Shown in pieces: positions 37,341 through 52,100 of a stretch of 64,000 bases of DNA. Source of the DNA: Lama guanicoe (Eukaryota). Position numbers and translations under genes: made by a program. The DNA is taken from positions 809,775 to 873,774 of the forward strand of contig MU053994.1 of the NCBI GenBank assembly GCA_013239625.1, written 5' to 3'. Positions within the stretch are counted from its first letter, which is position 1. Each line of letters starts with the position of its first letter. Under the pieces are notes generated by a model that was not told where the DNA came from, ran no database searches, and worked only from the letters and a program-made list of their open reading frames with translations.

Positions 37341-40300
37341 GTAAACATTTACCAGGCAGTCAGCTGCTGGTAGATCTGTGGGCTGTGTTCATATCCCCCA
37401 GGACCAACAAGGACGCCAAATGATCCATCTTGCTGATGTAGTACAATTTTCAGGCAAATGAGGTAGACATTCACTTACGGAGGCAAATGATGAAAATCTT
37501 AGAAAATAGCTATAATTGTGTCCAAACTCTGGAGTTTTTTTTCCAGTCATTTGTGGAAGGAAGGACGGTCCTTTGAGAGCATACATCTCTTTTCTATTGT
37601 GAATACTTAATGTTATAAGCCTAAAGAAGACTTTGTGAACAAGTGTTAAAACCATGGATACCTAGCTAGGAACAGAAGATCCATTAGTGACATTTTCGTA
37701 GGTTAAAATTCTCCAGCAGGAGCAATTTAATTTTTTCATGTTCCTGCTTGTCATGCATCTAATCACACTACATGCTGGATATTTCCATAAATCTACTGCT
37801 TGCCACATTTTAGCTCATTTTTCTCCTCTAATTTTTCTTCAAGATAATAAAAATTTGCATTACTGGATTATTATGTAATTAAAGGTAGACGTCTCTTGTG
37901 GGTGAACAAAATTTGTATTGTTGAATTATTATGATATAATTTGAAATCTTTAGTTAAAATTAGATTTGCAATGAAGATGCCATAAAACATATTTTGTAGG
38001 GAGGGGGAAGGCTTATAATATTACAGGAAAAATCAATTTTTCTAGCAAACATCAAAGGTGACTTTCATGTTTATGGCCATTTATTGGGAGCGCTTAAGAA
38101 AGAAAGAGTGGAGTTTTGTGGACTATCTTTTTTCAGCAGACAGTATAGGAACGACTTAACCAGAAGGTGCCATGTGGGCTGTGGAGGCTCTCCCTCAAAC
38201 TGACAACATACAAAGAACATAATCCTGAGTATCCTCCCACTTTCTAAATGGTCCCCCATGGTGACGAACTCTCATCTCTTTACTGGTTATTCTTTGAACC
38301 AAATATAAGGTATAATTTCCTTCCCTCAATCAGAAAGAACTTGTACCATTTTCTTGCCAAAATATAGTCACTTTACCTCAAAATGTCCCAGAGCTTTCTT
38401 TTTTATGAACACTATTTAACACTGTTCTCAACCCAAACTTGTAGGAATTTATTTGCTTTCTTAACTTTTCATCTTAAGAAGACATTATTTCATTATCAGG
38501 AATAAAGAAAACAGGGGAGGAAAACTGAATATTAATTTTTCCAAAGCTATTTTTATTTCCTGTTTCTTTTTACCCTCTCCTCCCTGATTCCCTTTTCTAG
38601 GTAACTACAGCAATGACAGAGAGTAACAAAAACTCTAGCAATGACCCTTGGGTCGCTCGTGTACATAATAGACCCTATTGACTTAATTACTATAACTAGC
38701 CAAAGAGCTCCTCTCTTCCAGGCTTTCTCCATTGTAACACTGGAAGTAAAAACATCATGTGATTACACTGCCAATGCTTTCCATGTTGGGGAAGAATTAT
38801 CAGTTTTTTTTTAAAATTTTTTTCTCCAGTGATAAACTTTTAGGAACTTTATAAAAATAATTCAGTGTCAGATCAACGAATATTGGGCTAATGATCTGAC
38901 TATTGTAAATCGCCAAGCAGAAAGACTCGCATAGGTTAGCGTGGCAATGCCACATCAGACCTCCTACACAAATAGATGACCTTAGAACTTTAGTTAAAAT
39001 GGTGAGGGCCACTTGGTCCAATGCCAAAGTTCCAAGGCAAATCTTCTCACGTGATAAAAATGAGTGAAGAATACTTACAGAGAGGGTTTCCAGAACACAT
39101 TCTTTTTGGACCTTTTTGTCTTAGAAGTCCTCATCAATGTCTAGATTGTGGAGACAGTTGGGGTATGTCTTGAGACCTGGCACCACTCAGCAGTTTTATA
39201 GGACTGATGATGAATATGAAAGGTCATATCAAAGAATGGAAAACCAGTGAAGTCACAATGATTGGACTCTACAACCAGGAACACTATATACTGACATGCA
39301 AGATGTACTCTGTGCAAAGACTCAGGTGAAAGGCGTGAATAAGGGTTAAAATCTGGTCTGCACTTCAATTACGAAAGTCTGGTGCCTCCTTAGAGGCATT
39401 ACAGCCAGGAGGAAGGAGTGACTTTTTTGTAAGTTGTCCACCTGGGTTGGAGGAGGGGGACACTTTTTCAGTATTTCATAAGCCTGAATAGGTGCTTTGT
39501 TTTAAGTCACACAAAGGGCCAGTATCTGGTAGGGGTAGCCTTACTATCAATTATTTATATCAGGAATTTTTTTCAATATCACCTTGCACTTGATTAAATG
39601 AGACACAGAGGGACACTTCAGTGATGCTTTTGGTGTTCTGCCTCAGTTCCTGCCACAGTTCCATTAAGATTTCCATAATGGAAATGATAGCATCTGTCCA
39701 TCTTTGTGGGGCAAATACATGACACAGATCACTGAGGCAGGAATTTGGGATCAACTCTGCAGTTCTTTAATATTTTAAAGAAATTCATCCCCAATAATTG
39801 TCCAGAAAATTTAATATCAATTATTGATAGAGAAATCTTGGTCAGAGCAAATGGAAGCAAATTCCTTCATATGGACTAAGTCTTTTCACAGTTTGAATAG
39901 TGCCCGACTTATATCAATGACACTAGACTTAGTTTCTAATCAATGTTTTTGTGAAATTCATTCCCAGAGGCAATGCAAGCACAACAGCTGCCTTCTGGAG
40001 CAAAATCATTAGGAAAATGAATTTTTAAACTGGAATGAGATTTAGAAATAATCCAGATCATCCCTTCATTTTACAAAAGAAGGAAGTAGGAAATAACAAC
40101 AAAATGTCTCGGATAGAAAGATATTCTACAGGGAGGGATAATGCATGTGTTCAACACTCCTCTGCCAACTATCTGGGCTCTTAAAATGTAGCCACTTGAT
40201 TTGATTTACCTCATAGGCTGAGTGGGGAATAGGAGACTGGCTGGCCCAGGGCTCTGATTCTGTGAGGCCAACAGAGAGGAGAGTTCACACCTCTACAGAG

Positions 40301-40348
40301 ATGGATACGCATATTCAGGGATATGAACAGAGATCCAAAAAGCATTCA

Positions 40349-40795
40349 TGCGGTAGATGCTGTTGGTGCCTCATCCAGATGCCTATTACCTGGGCTCAGC
40401 CATCCCTCAGCTGCTGTCAGAGTTGGCTACGAATGGCTCACAGCTGTCTCTTTTTCTGCAGTGCTACCCTCAGCCATCAGAAACCACTTAGCCCAGGAGG
40501 TTGGCCTCTCACCCTCATCCCACTACTGGCAGTCCTCAGTCAATGAGTAACTGATACAGAGGTGTATAAAAACTTGCCTCTCTTCCCTCCAGGTAGGACC
40601 AACCCTGTGGTGAAATCCATGCTTCCGAGCTCCCCATGGGATCAGACTGAAGCTAGTATCTGAGACCATGTCCTTGGTTAGCTTCCCCAGATGCTTGACC
40701 TACTTCCATTGCTTCTCTTCTCCCAAGAGTGCTTCCTTAATAAATCATTTGCACAGGAATCCCCATCTCTGTTTCTAGGGAATCTGATTGAAGAT
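40349..40795 (+). mobile_element. LTR16-family ERVL solo LTR
   Basis: gagctccccatgggatcagactgaagc, aataaa and gggaatctga end. Confidence 0.7.
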
Positions 40796-42077
40796 TATCC
40801 ATGAATACGGTTTTTCAGAGATCTGTACTGTACTGGTGATCCTTCAGGCATCAAGGGAGGCGTAGAAGATAAGATACCGTTAGACAAATGGTGAAGAGCT
40901 CGTGCTTAACAAGCAAAAGCTTTTCCGGTTACCAGGATCAGTCTTTCTTAGAAGGCAGCAGAACACTATAAATCACAAATATTATTTTCCTGTCACATGT
41001 TCAAATTCATAACAAGGAATTTATTAGCTGCATGAAATGGGAGACCAATTTGCTTTCCCCAGAGAAGAGTAGATCTGAGTTAACTGACGCCATATTTCAG
41101 ATTCATTTCTATGATATTTTAACACGGGTTTAGGTTGGCCTCTGTGGCAGTTGTTTAGATGCTCTGTCCTTTGCATTGGCTTCCTGACTTCCCCCAAAGC
41201 TACTTATTCATCAAGCCTGGATTGGCGCCTGAGAATCTGCATTTTAACAAGTTCCCAGGCATGTCGATGCTGCTGGCCCAGGGACCACACTTTGAGAATC
41301 ATCAGTATGAGGTAATTCTAAAGACTCATTTGAAGTGCCTTTATCCCCATATCCATAAAGCACCATCATAAGACATCTGATACAACTCAGATCCTCTGAC
41401 TCTTAATCTGTCTTTGGAGCCCTTGAGGCCTGGGTTTAATCCCACCTCTGCAATGTAACGGCTATCTAACCCTGCTCTCCTTATCTGTAAAATGAGAATA
41501 ATAATGCCCATTTCATAGTGTTGCCGGAAGGATTAAATGGAGTAACATATATAAGAGTATTTGGCTTAAAGCAAGTGCTAAATATATATTAACCCCCTTT
41601 TATTGGACCGATTGTTTCTAATACTTTATAGTTTTTCTTTGGCCCTTTATAACAAAATTATATACAACCATCAGAAACATATTGAGTAGAATAGTTGGTG
41701 TTCAAAAAGTGCAAAGCATGAGCTTGTCTTCTGAAGTTGGCAGAACCCAGCAGCTGATGCTTCAGTTGAGCTCTTGTTCTCTAGAAGCTGGCTTGTGAAT
41801 ACATGTTACCTGGGTGAGTGACCTGGCTCTTTGCCAAACCAAATCACAGACACCAACCAATCCCAAAACCTAATCAAAGTGACTAAACTCTTTTGCTTAG
41901 GAGAGCATGATGGGAATGTACATTTATGTGAAATAAATCAGAGGCAAGTGGCAATTGTTGGACTTGGGGGTCTAGCTGATAAAAGGGGAAAGGGATTAGG
42001 AAGAATTCATCAGGGTTTATCCATCTTTGTTTGAGGCTAGAACTGCTCAAAGGAAGAAATTTTCAAACTGTTCTTAA

Positions 42078-43714
42078 GGCAGAAGTTCTTGAACATTTTG
42101 TTTTCGGGACTTCTTTACACTCCCATAAATTATAAAGATCTCAAAGAAATTTGTTTATGTGGGCTATATCTATTGGTATATATAGCACATCAGAAATTAA
42201 AACTGAGAAATTTTAGAAATATTTATATTGATTACTTTAAAGTTAACAATAGTAAACCTATTATATTTTTATGAAAATAACTATTTTTCCAAAACAAAGT
42301 TAATGAATAGAGTTTATGACATTGATTTGTATTTTTGCACATGTCTTTGATGCCTGCCTTAATAGAAGACAGCTGGATTCTCATATCTCTTTCTGCTTTC
42401 CATCTGTGGTACTATGGGGGTTTGAAGTATAGGAAGACTATCCAGCCTCTCAGAGATAAGTAGTTGAGAAAAGTAGCCTTTTCAAATAATCATGAATATT
42501 CCTTGGATGTTACACTGAAACTCTGCAAGTGACAGCTCCTTAAAGATTAGTCACAATGTGGAATCTGAAACCACACCAATGAGCCTTTCTACACTGTTAC
42601 ATGAAACTTCACTTTGATACATTTTTTTTTACCCATGAGTGGTTCCACATTAATCATTTGGAAAGTATTAGATCTCCAAATTATGCAGATCTTCCAAATG
42701 ATGGCACATTGCATTATGTAAAATCAAAAAACTCCGATTTGTTAACATCACCACTGCTATGGTCTGAATGTTTGTATACCTTCAAAATTCATATGTTAAA
42801 ATTCTAGCCCCCAAAGATTATGGTATCAGGATGTGGGGACTTTGGGAATTCTGAAGTCATGATGGTAGAGCCCTCATGAATGGCATTGTGCCTTAAAAAA
42901 GGGACCACACAGAGTTCCCTAGCCCCTCCTACCAAGTGAGGACACAGCTAGAAGGTGCTGACTGTGGACAAGGAATAGAATCCTCACCAGAGCAACCATC
43001 CTGGCACCCTGATCTTGGACTTCTCAACCTCCAGAACTGTGAGAAGTAAATGTCTGCTGTTTATAAGCCACCCAGTCTATGGTGTTTTGTTTACAACAGC
43101 CCAAATGGGCTAAGACAACCAGCAATCTCATTAGAAGAATCTTTAAATATTGCAAAGAAGATAAAAATCTCACACAATTCTAATTTTCTCTTGAAAGCTC
43201 AAATTTAATCTTTGGCAACAAATACTGTCAGTTACTTTGCTTGAAGTGACCGGTTCGCCTTGTCACCTTTCAAGATGTCTGCCAAATACCCAAGTCCAAA
43301 TGACCATAGTTTGTTACTTTTTTTTAAATTAAAACTTGTGTACTATGCAAAAAGCAGCTAGTTCAAAACACAGCTCAAAGAATAGCACGTGTGACTTTTC
43401 TTCAACACAATCACATTTTGTTAAGCAACAGAAAGGCTTAATGCTTACTTGTCATGTAATCACACTGAATATTAAAGAGACATGTACTCAAGGATTGAAA
43501 TTTAATGTTAATAATTTTTATTGCTTCATCAAAGATGTTAATAAGTAAATCTGGTCAAAAAAAAACTGCCTGGATGTGGTAGTAAAGAAAAAAATGACTT
43601 TCGGTTCTACTGACTTGATTCGTGCTAAAGTATCAGCAGTCTTACCCACCATTCCTTTTGTACCATCTGTTGATGCTGCTGGTCCAGGGACCACCCACTG
43701 TGAAGCAAGCAATG
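42078..43714. mobile_element. Charlie1-like hAT element interrupted by an MLT1A LTR
   Basis: atttgtttatgtggg...gaaattaaaactgagaaattt and aatagaagacagctggattctcatatct motifs continue on both sides of the LTR. Confidence 0.75.
42755..43117 (+). mobile_element. MLT1A/B-like MaLR solo LTR
   Basis: tgctatggtctgaatgtttgt...ctaagaca; TSD accac/accag. Confidence 0.88.
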
Positions 43715-43899
43715 CCTTCAGGGATCCAAGGGAAGCCAAGTGGGAAGAACTGGGGAACACACATTCCTGATTAAATCAGAACAGCTGACTCTACTCTGAT
43801 TTTATCTGTAATATTTAGTAACATTCCCCCAAAAGATTCTGATGGAAAATAAGTTTACTAATCACCTCTATAAAGCAAGTCTTGGGTGGCATTATGAAC

Positions 43900-46570
43900 C
43901 AAAATCCATTTCATTCATCCTATGCATACCAAGCCATCTATTGTTTTGAGCCCCAGCTTCACGCCAGGTGCTGTGTTATATGCTGGGGATATAGTAACTG
44001 ACAAGAAAGACATGATCTTTGCCCTCACGGTGGTTATAGTTTAGTAGGGGAGACAGTCACATGGAAATAGATATTGTGATATCTACTTCCATGTGGCAAA
44101 TAGATAGGAGCTGTGAGGGAAACAAAGTAGATGCTCGAGTAGAGAATAAAGGGGCAAAAGGAAGAGTACACATTTGGATCAGTAGTTCTCAAACTAAGGT
44201 AAGTGTCAGAGTCACCTGGAGACCTAATAAAGAATACAGAGGCCCTAGTTTCTTGATGTATGGAGGGCCTGGGCCTCCATAGTTTTACCAAGTGATTTTC
44301 CAAAATGTGAGTAGTACTGCTTTAAATACAGCGCCCAAAGAAAGCCTCTCAGAGAAGGCGACCTTCAAACTGAATCTTGACTGATGAGAACAATTGGGAG
44401 ACCCAGACTTTTCAGCAGATTTGGATCAGATTTGTCTAAGGTGATGCCACTTCTTCTATAGCTACATGTTGAGTTGTAGGGCTGATGATTTCATTTATGG
44501 CTTAAGTGAGCCCATTCCATTTACTAGTACAAAAATATTTTATCACTTAAGTCAATAACTACAAGTTCCTATAACAAACATGTTTTATGAGCAGAAGTGG
44601 TTACACTAGATATTTTGTATTTACAAATCTTATCATAGAACATCTCTCTGAAGACCTTACCACATTAACAAGAGACAGAGCACATATCTTTATCTTTAAA
44701 AACTTATGTTCTTACTGGCTATTTTTCCAACAGTGCCTTTTTATGTGGTCACTAGAATTTAAATGTCCTCCAAGTTCTCTTCGTTATCTTCCTGAGAGTT
44801 GTACAACCATCAGGACAATTTGAATTAATTCTCAAAATACTTATGCTAATAAGATTAGCTCCCCTAAAGACTTTTCATTAAATATAACTGTAAAAATTAC
44901 ATTTCTTTAAGTAAGGTCAGTAAAAGAAATTAAGGTATTTAATTTCTGATCCCCATATAATTAAGTGAAGAATAGAGAAGAATATTCCAGCTAGAGGGAA
45001 GAGTGCACAACTGGGTCTTGGGGTAAAAAAGGATTTGATTTCTTCAAGGACCTGGAGGAAGGTGAATATAGGTAGAGTTTAGTGAGCAAGGGAGAGAGGA
45101 GAACAAGACAAGTCTGGAAAGTTCAACAGAGGTTAGCTTATGTAGGCCTCTGAGGCAAAGGCAAAAATTTTGCCTTTTATTCCAAGTGCAGTGGGAAGCC
45201 ATTGATAGGATGTATCCATTAGGAGTGTTCTGAGAAGACAGCTATGAGTTGAGTGTATTGTAAAATAGTGTCATTGTACACAAACACACTGTTACCTGGT
45301 TTAACCATCATAGATATTTGGTTGGTATGAGTTAGTCTTTAAAGTCTACTCAACTGTTGACAAACCAATCAAATGGCATTTCCACAGCTTTAAAACTGAG
45401 GGCCAAATGTCTGACTGAATTTGAGCCATTTAAGGATCTACAAATCTACAATTTGTTTATAAAAGGAGGACCCTGGAAGACAAATGTGGGCAGAACTTGC
45501 TCCAGAATCCCAAGCTCCATTTTATTGGCCCATGCTTCAGTCCATCTTTTAATTTCTCCTTTGTTAATTCTTGCCCTCCTCTGCTTCTCTATATTCACCT
45601 TCCTATTAATCTTTCAGTCTTACATCACCTCAATCTCTCTGTCTTCCCCCTGAAGCAACTGTAACTTGAGATCACATCTTAAGTGCACTATAGCCTCAGT
45701 GATAAGAATATGGACTATTCAAACGTCCCCTCTCCTCTTATTAGTTGGATGATCTTGGCCAAGTCCTATAACATATCTAAGCCTCAGATTCCTCACCTGG
45801 AAACAGGATAACAGTAGAGCCTACCTATAGAAATAAGTGTGCAAGTCCAGGGAAAAGGGTGCATGGCCTGCTACATAGTACATGTTCAAAAATGTTACTA
45901 CCATATCTTTAATTTCCTAATTAAAATTTCCATTTATATTATCTCACATTACGAGTTCTTTCAGTTCAAGGAGTATATAATTTATTTCCAAATCGGCCAT
46001 GCCACCTTTCATTCTGTTGTTACTCTGTAAATAATTTGCCGCCTGCTTAATACAACTGTGAAATGCCACAAGAGTTCAGAGAAGGGAGAAAATACCTGAG
46101 AAGGGAACCCTTCAGGTCAGTGGATGGATGTGACTCCATCATCGCAGGTCTGGCAACATTTGGTTAGACAAATAAAAAGGAGAAGGGCATTCAGGTTGGC
46201 ACATCTGTGAGCAAATGTGTGAGATGGAAATTCTTATTTGATGGTCAGTAAGTAGTCTATATTGTTCAAAATGGAGGATTTGTGTGTCAAAGTATTTGGA
46301 AAAGTATGTTGGTGTAAAACTGAAGTGTGCCTTCATCAAAAAGTTACTTAGTTTGGAATTTTTCCTGCAGGCTTTGGGGAGCCATTGAATAGTTTGGTAT
46401 GAGAGAGGGACATAATGAAAGCAGTGTTTCATCAAGATTGATATGGTGATACCGTGGAGATTTATTTGGGAAACCAGTCTGGCGTCTGTTTTGTTCCCTG
46501 AACAAGAGTAGCAGTTGTGGAAATGGAAGCCTTGACCTAAGAGATAGCTGACAGGACTTGGCAACTGAAT
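43900..46570 (-). mobile_element. Scattered L2 fragments with MER5-like (about 44178-44320) and MIR (about 45690-45900) inserts
   Basis: ccaggtgctgtgttatatgctggggatatag and gtgcagtgggaagccattga L2 motifs. Confidence 0.6.
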
Positions 46571-47754
46571 CTAAAAGTCAAAGAAAGAGAATAAACACTT
46601 TGAACTTGAAATTATCATGAAACATACAAAAGCAGATCATTTCACCTCTTTGGCTTAATAGCTCTATCTTTAAAGCAGTGTTAATAACATATAATCTCTT
46701 AGCTTCAAAGGGATGAGAAGAACTTAAGCAAGATACTTGGTGTGATGCATAAATATGATAACAGATGCAAGGACCCCTAGCCTTTACATAGCACAAAGAA
46801 AGCAATTAATAAATGTTTGTTCACTTTTAATTATTTTGAATTAAAATAATTTGGAAATAAAGCCCCATAGACAAATCAAGGCAGTTTTATAGGGTGAAAA
46901 TAGTTACAGCAAATGATGAAAGGAGATGATGGATATATTTCTTGTCTTCAGATCTTGATTTACAGATTAATAGATCAAACAGACATATTTCCTGCTCATG
47001 GATCTAAGAGTAGAATAAAGTAGGGAAACTACTTAATCATAATTATTAACCGCTTCCTTTTCCTTCCTCTTTCATCAGTAAAAGCTCAATAACAGCAGAA
47101 CCTTATCTATGTAAACATCTCTGTTTCTCTGACCTAACAAAGTCCAAGTTCTTTGATAATTAAATTATTAATTCTTTAAATGCCACTGAGAAGAAGTTAT
47201 ACATATTTAAGTAAGAATGGATGTCAGTAATAAAAGGCATGATCCATTCCTTCCTCTGGAGCTAACCACTTCTCTGGTCCCTGAAGTGGCCATTTCCCTC
47301 CTTGTACCATTTCAATTTGGGCCATAGACTAGGCCTTCAATTTCTAGAGGGCCCCACTCTCACGACTCATATAAACCTAATCTCCCAAAGGCCTTATGTC
47401 CAAATATTAGGCATTAGGGCTTCAATATATGAATTTCAGGGAGAGACAACTCAGTTCATAGCATGTCTCCTACGTTACGGCATGAAAACTTTTTCCAGGC
47501 AGTAAGTTGAATTTCCAGTGGCTTTTCTAAGGGCCTTTGTAATGACAAAACTCTTTCTTTTGTGATTTCTATAGGTCTGCTTCCAAAGAACAAAGAATGC
47601 TGTAATAAATTATCAGTAAAAAAAAAAAATCCACATCAAAACCTTGTGTATCGAGTAGGGTAAAACCATCCCAAGCTCTCTAGGAGGTTCTGAGAACACT
47701 GACATGCCTTTTTTCTGACTGATAATGGCTAAGTTAGTCTTATTTAAAAGTGGA

Positions 47755-48425
47755 GACTCCCCACTAGAATGACTAAAATTTAAAGCAATTACAACACCTA
47801 CTGTCTGTGAGGCCAGGATAGGATAGGGAAGAACTGAAACTCTGACACTTTGCTGATGGGAATGAAAGCTGGTAGTACAACCACATCACAGAACTATTTG
47901 GCAATATCTAGCAAAGCTGAATATACAAATTTCACATGACCCAGCGATTTCACGTCTGCATATGCACTCAAGATAAATGAGTGCTTATGCCCATCAGAAG
48001 ACATCTTCAAGAATCTATAGCAGCTTTCTTCAAAATAGCCCCAAACTGGCAACAACTCTAATGCCCATCAACAGTAGAATGGGCCAGTAAATGATAAGAT
48101 AACCATGAAGTGGAATACTATACAACAGTGAAAATAAATAAGTACAGTCACCCACAAAAATATGGATGAATATCAGGCATAATGCAGAGTGGAAGAAAAC
48201 AGACACATGGGAGCTCATGAAACTTAAGGACAGGCAAAATTAATCCATGGTTATAGAAATCAGAATAGTGGCTACTTTCATGTGGATGGGTACTGATTGG
48301 GAAGCCCTAGAAATGTTCTATATATTGACATGATTGGTGGTTACATAAGTGTATGTAAAAATTTATTGAGCTCTTCTCAAAATTGTGCACTGTGAACTAA
48401 GTAAATTTCATCTCAATTAAAATTA
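47755..48425 (+). mobile_element. Old L1 (L1MC/ME-like) 3' end
   Basis: aatagccccaaactggcaacaactctaatgcccatcaacagtagaatgg motif. Confidence 0.8.
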
Positions 48426-49125
48426 TAAATTTTTAAAAAGTATTTATATTTTTAAACATTAAAAAAGTTAGGGGAATCCAATGCACAGGAATCAAATGAG
48501 TTGCCTAAAATCATCCTTTGGATTTGGAAATGTATTCCACTGCAATGCTTCAACTGTACTGCTTACCAAAGAGGAATGACATATTGAAAACATTTTATTT
48601 GATTAAAGAAATTGGGCAGCTTCTTTGTTAGAACAAAGGTCCAAACTTTCTGAAATTAGTGGATTCACCAAATTTCTGCTCTGCCAAACTATGAAACAAG
48701 AGAGGGTTTCAAGATAGAAAAGTCTTTGTTGCTTCCCAATCTTACTGTTAAAACTCTCCTCAAAATGGGACTATTTTGGCTGGGATCCTTATTGGACACC
48801 CATCCCAAATATTCAGATTACTTACAATGTATATAGTACTGTACATGATATTAAGAGGATATAGCACCCCTTTTTAATGAAGAGGCTATAATACATCCTT
48901 AAGGAATTTATGTGTCCTTTGAAGATATTTTGTTTATCTTTCAGATAAAATCTCATACCAGTCTTCTTGTTAAATGACATCAGCAATAAATTCTGAAAAC
49001 AGGTGTTCTTATCCACCCATGGAATCCAATGAACGGACTTGAGATGGTCCACGAACCCCATGAAATTACACACATTTTTACATGTGCATATTAGTATTTG
49101 TTTCTGTGATGGGAAATGAAGGTTT

Positions 49126-52100
49126 TGTGGCAGCCAAAATAGAACTCTCAGATCTCCTACTGCAAGGACCATAAGTGACTGATGGCCCCAGCTGCTGCAC
49201 TCTGAAATGTATCATTGTGTTGATGCCAAGGCCACGTTTCCCACAGCCTGCTTTAGGCCAATGATGCAGGACTTCTCTGATAGCATCGCTGGCTTGAGGA
49301 CTCCCTGACAGCCTTGCAGAACTCCTTCAGAACTGTGTTGCAGTCTAAGATGCTTCCATCCAAACTTCCTACCTCCCTTCCTCCCAGCCTCCCCGGGTAT
49401 CCTCCTCATTTTTCTGTCATAGGCACTTTCTCTAATAAATCTCTTGAATGGCTAGTTCTGTTGGGGCATCTACTTCTTATAGGTCCTAGACTACACAAGT
49501 GGTACCAGGAGTGGTTTGAGAATATAGGCAGTAAGATGTGGCGTTGGAATTTGGCCATTCACTTCCCTGCAGGTGAAGATGACACTGTCCTGATTGATAG
49601 GTGAGACACAGATAGTCTCTGGCACAAAGTAGTAACTGACTTGCTAAAGATTTCCAGTGGTGATCCCAGTGGAGAAGTCCAGGGGTCAGGGGCATGCTGG
49701 AATACCCCCTTCAGAGTAAAAAAACAATGCTGAATCTTACATTCCCTGTCACAGAGAAGGAAGCACAACATCTGGTAGGCCTCTTTGGGTCCTGGAGGCA
49801 GGACATTCTACTCCTAGGAATATTACTCTGGCGTAAAGACTTTCAGCTTTTTTTTTTTGAAGGTGGGTAATTAGGTTTGCTTATTTATTTATTTATTGGA
49901 GGTACTGGGGATTGAACCCAGGACCTCGTGCATGCTAGGCACGTACTCTACCGCTGATCTATACCCTCCCCTCAAGACTTTCAGCTTTAAGTAGTGTCCA
50001 GAGCAGGAAAGGATTCTACAGTGGGTCTAGGTTATGGTACAAGAAACATTGCCACATGGTCTGTACAATCCAGCAGACTTTATGGTGTTACAAGTGTCAG
50101 TGGTGGAGAATGATACAGTGTGGAACTTATGGCAAGCTCCAGTGGGAGAAAAACAATGTAGACCCTGGGAGTCTGGAGCAAGGGCATGCCACTCACAGCA
50201 GAACATACTATGTCTTTTGAGGAATAGGTCCTGATATGTTAGTAGGCTCTGGAAGAGACAAAACATCTGACTACGGATACCACTGTGCAGCTGAAAGCTA
50301 CACATTATGAGCTGGGTTCTTTCTGAACTGTCCAGTCATAGAGTAAGACAGGACTAGTGTCAGTCTATAATAACATGAAAATGTTACATCCAGGATGGGG
50401 CTCAAGCAAGACCAGAGGACACAAGTTAACTGCATGAGCAGGTAGCCCAGATCTCCATGTCACCCATAAGAGTTGTGCCAGTGCCCCACCAAAGCTTAAA
50501 CCTATAGACACATGGGGGAGGATTCTCATACAAATAGCTGAAGGAGGGGAATAAAGCTCTCACTCAGTGTGTAAGTGAAAGGTGAAAATAGATGATGGCT
50601 GCATTACACCACATTCAGGGGTGGTCCTAAATGATAATGGGAGGGCTAATCTTCCCAGTGGGTGGAGCTGAAGTATGTCTGGTCATCAACTTCATGTGGA
50701 AGGAACAGTGGTCTGAGGTAAGAATATTTAGATTCATGTACAGTGGCCAATGGCCTGGAAGGGAAGACTAAAAGATCAGATACAAGGAGCTCTGGGGTAG
50801 AGGCATGTGGATGGAAATATGGGAATGGGTACAAAATGTGAAGATCTTTGTATCACACGTAAATGTCCACCAGAAATCATTCACCACAGAAGAGGCATCT
50901 AACAACCAAGTAGACAAAATGACTCAGCCAGTTGACATCAGCTAGCCTTTGCCATCAGCCACAGAATTGGCATGATGGGCATATTTGTAGAGAGGCCGTG
51001 GTTGCTGACATGACCACAATAACATGGATTCTCACTTACCAAAGCTGATCTAGCTTACTGGTGTCTCCAAATGTCCAATCTGTTGGCAATAGAGACCCAT
51101 TCTGAGCTTCCAGACCTGGCACTATCTCTTGGTCAATTGGTGTCATGTCAACAGCAGTGAGTCCCTTCCATCCGAGAAGCATCAGCAGTTTGTCCTCGCA
51201 AGTATAGATACCTATTCTAGACTTTGGTTTACCTTTCCTGCCTAGAAAGCGTCAGCAAGTACCACTATCCGGGGGATTATGGAAGGCCTGATCTACCAGG
51301 ATGGAATTCCATGCAACATGGCATCTGGTCAGATGGGACCCATTTATACACCAAAGTATGGGTGGGAGTGAGCATATGACCGTGGGATCCACTGGTTGTA
51401 TCATGTACCACACTATTCAGAGGCAGTCAGCCTCAAAGAGCACTGGAATGGCTTTTGAAAGAAGTAACTGAAGTGATAGTTTGGGGGCAATACTCTAAAA
51501 GAAAGGGGTGCCCCTCAGGACATGGTGTATATATTAAATCAGAGACCTCTATCTGGTACTGTGTCCCTAATACATGAATCCAGAGACCAAGGGGTAGAAA
51601 TATAAGTGGCTCCACGTACCATTGGAAGCTTCTGTGCTTCCAATCCCATCAACTCCGGGCATGACAGGGTTGGTGGTCATGGTCCTCAAAGAGGGCGGAT
51701 TCTTCCCAGAGGATGCAGGAAAGGGTCCCATTGAACGACAAGGTATGGCTACCACCATATACTTTGGAGTCCTTGTGCCCAGGGACCAGCAGGTAAGAAG
51801 AGGAGCCAATTGTGACGAGATGCCGACAATTGATGCAGATCATCAGGAGGTAGTGGGGCTGCTTTTACATAATGGCAGCATGGAGGAAGGTGTGTATTAC
51901 GTAGGTGATAAACTTGGGCACCTCTTCATAGTCTCTTACCCAGTTATGACTGTGCATGGGCATGCGCAGCAACTCAGAAGGGTATGATTCCCAAGGGCTT
52001 AGACCTTTCAGGAATGAAGGTTTTGGTTACGCCATGAGGTAAAGCCAGTGAGACCTACAGAGGTAACAGCTGAGGGTGAGAGAAATTTAGAATGAATAGG

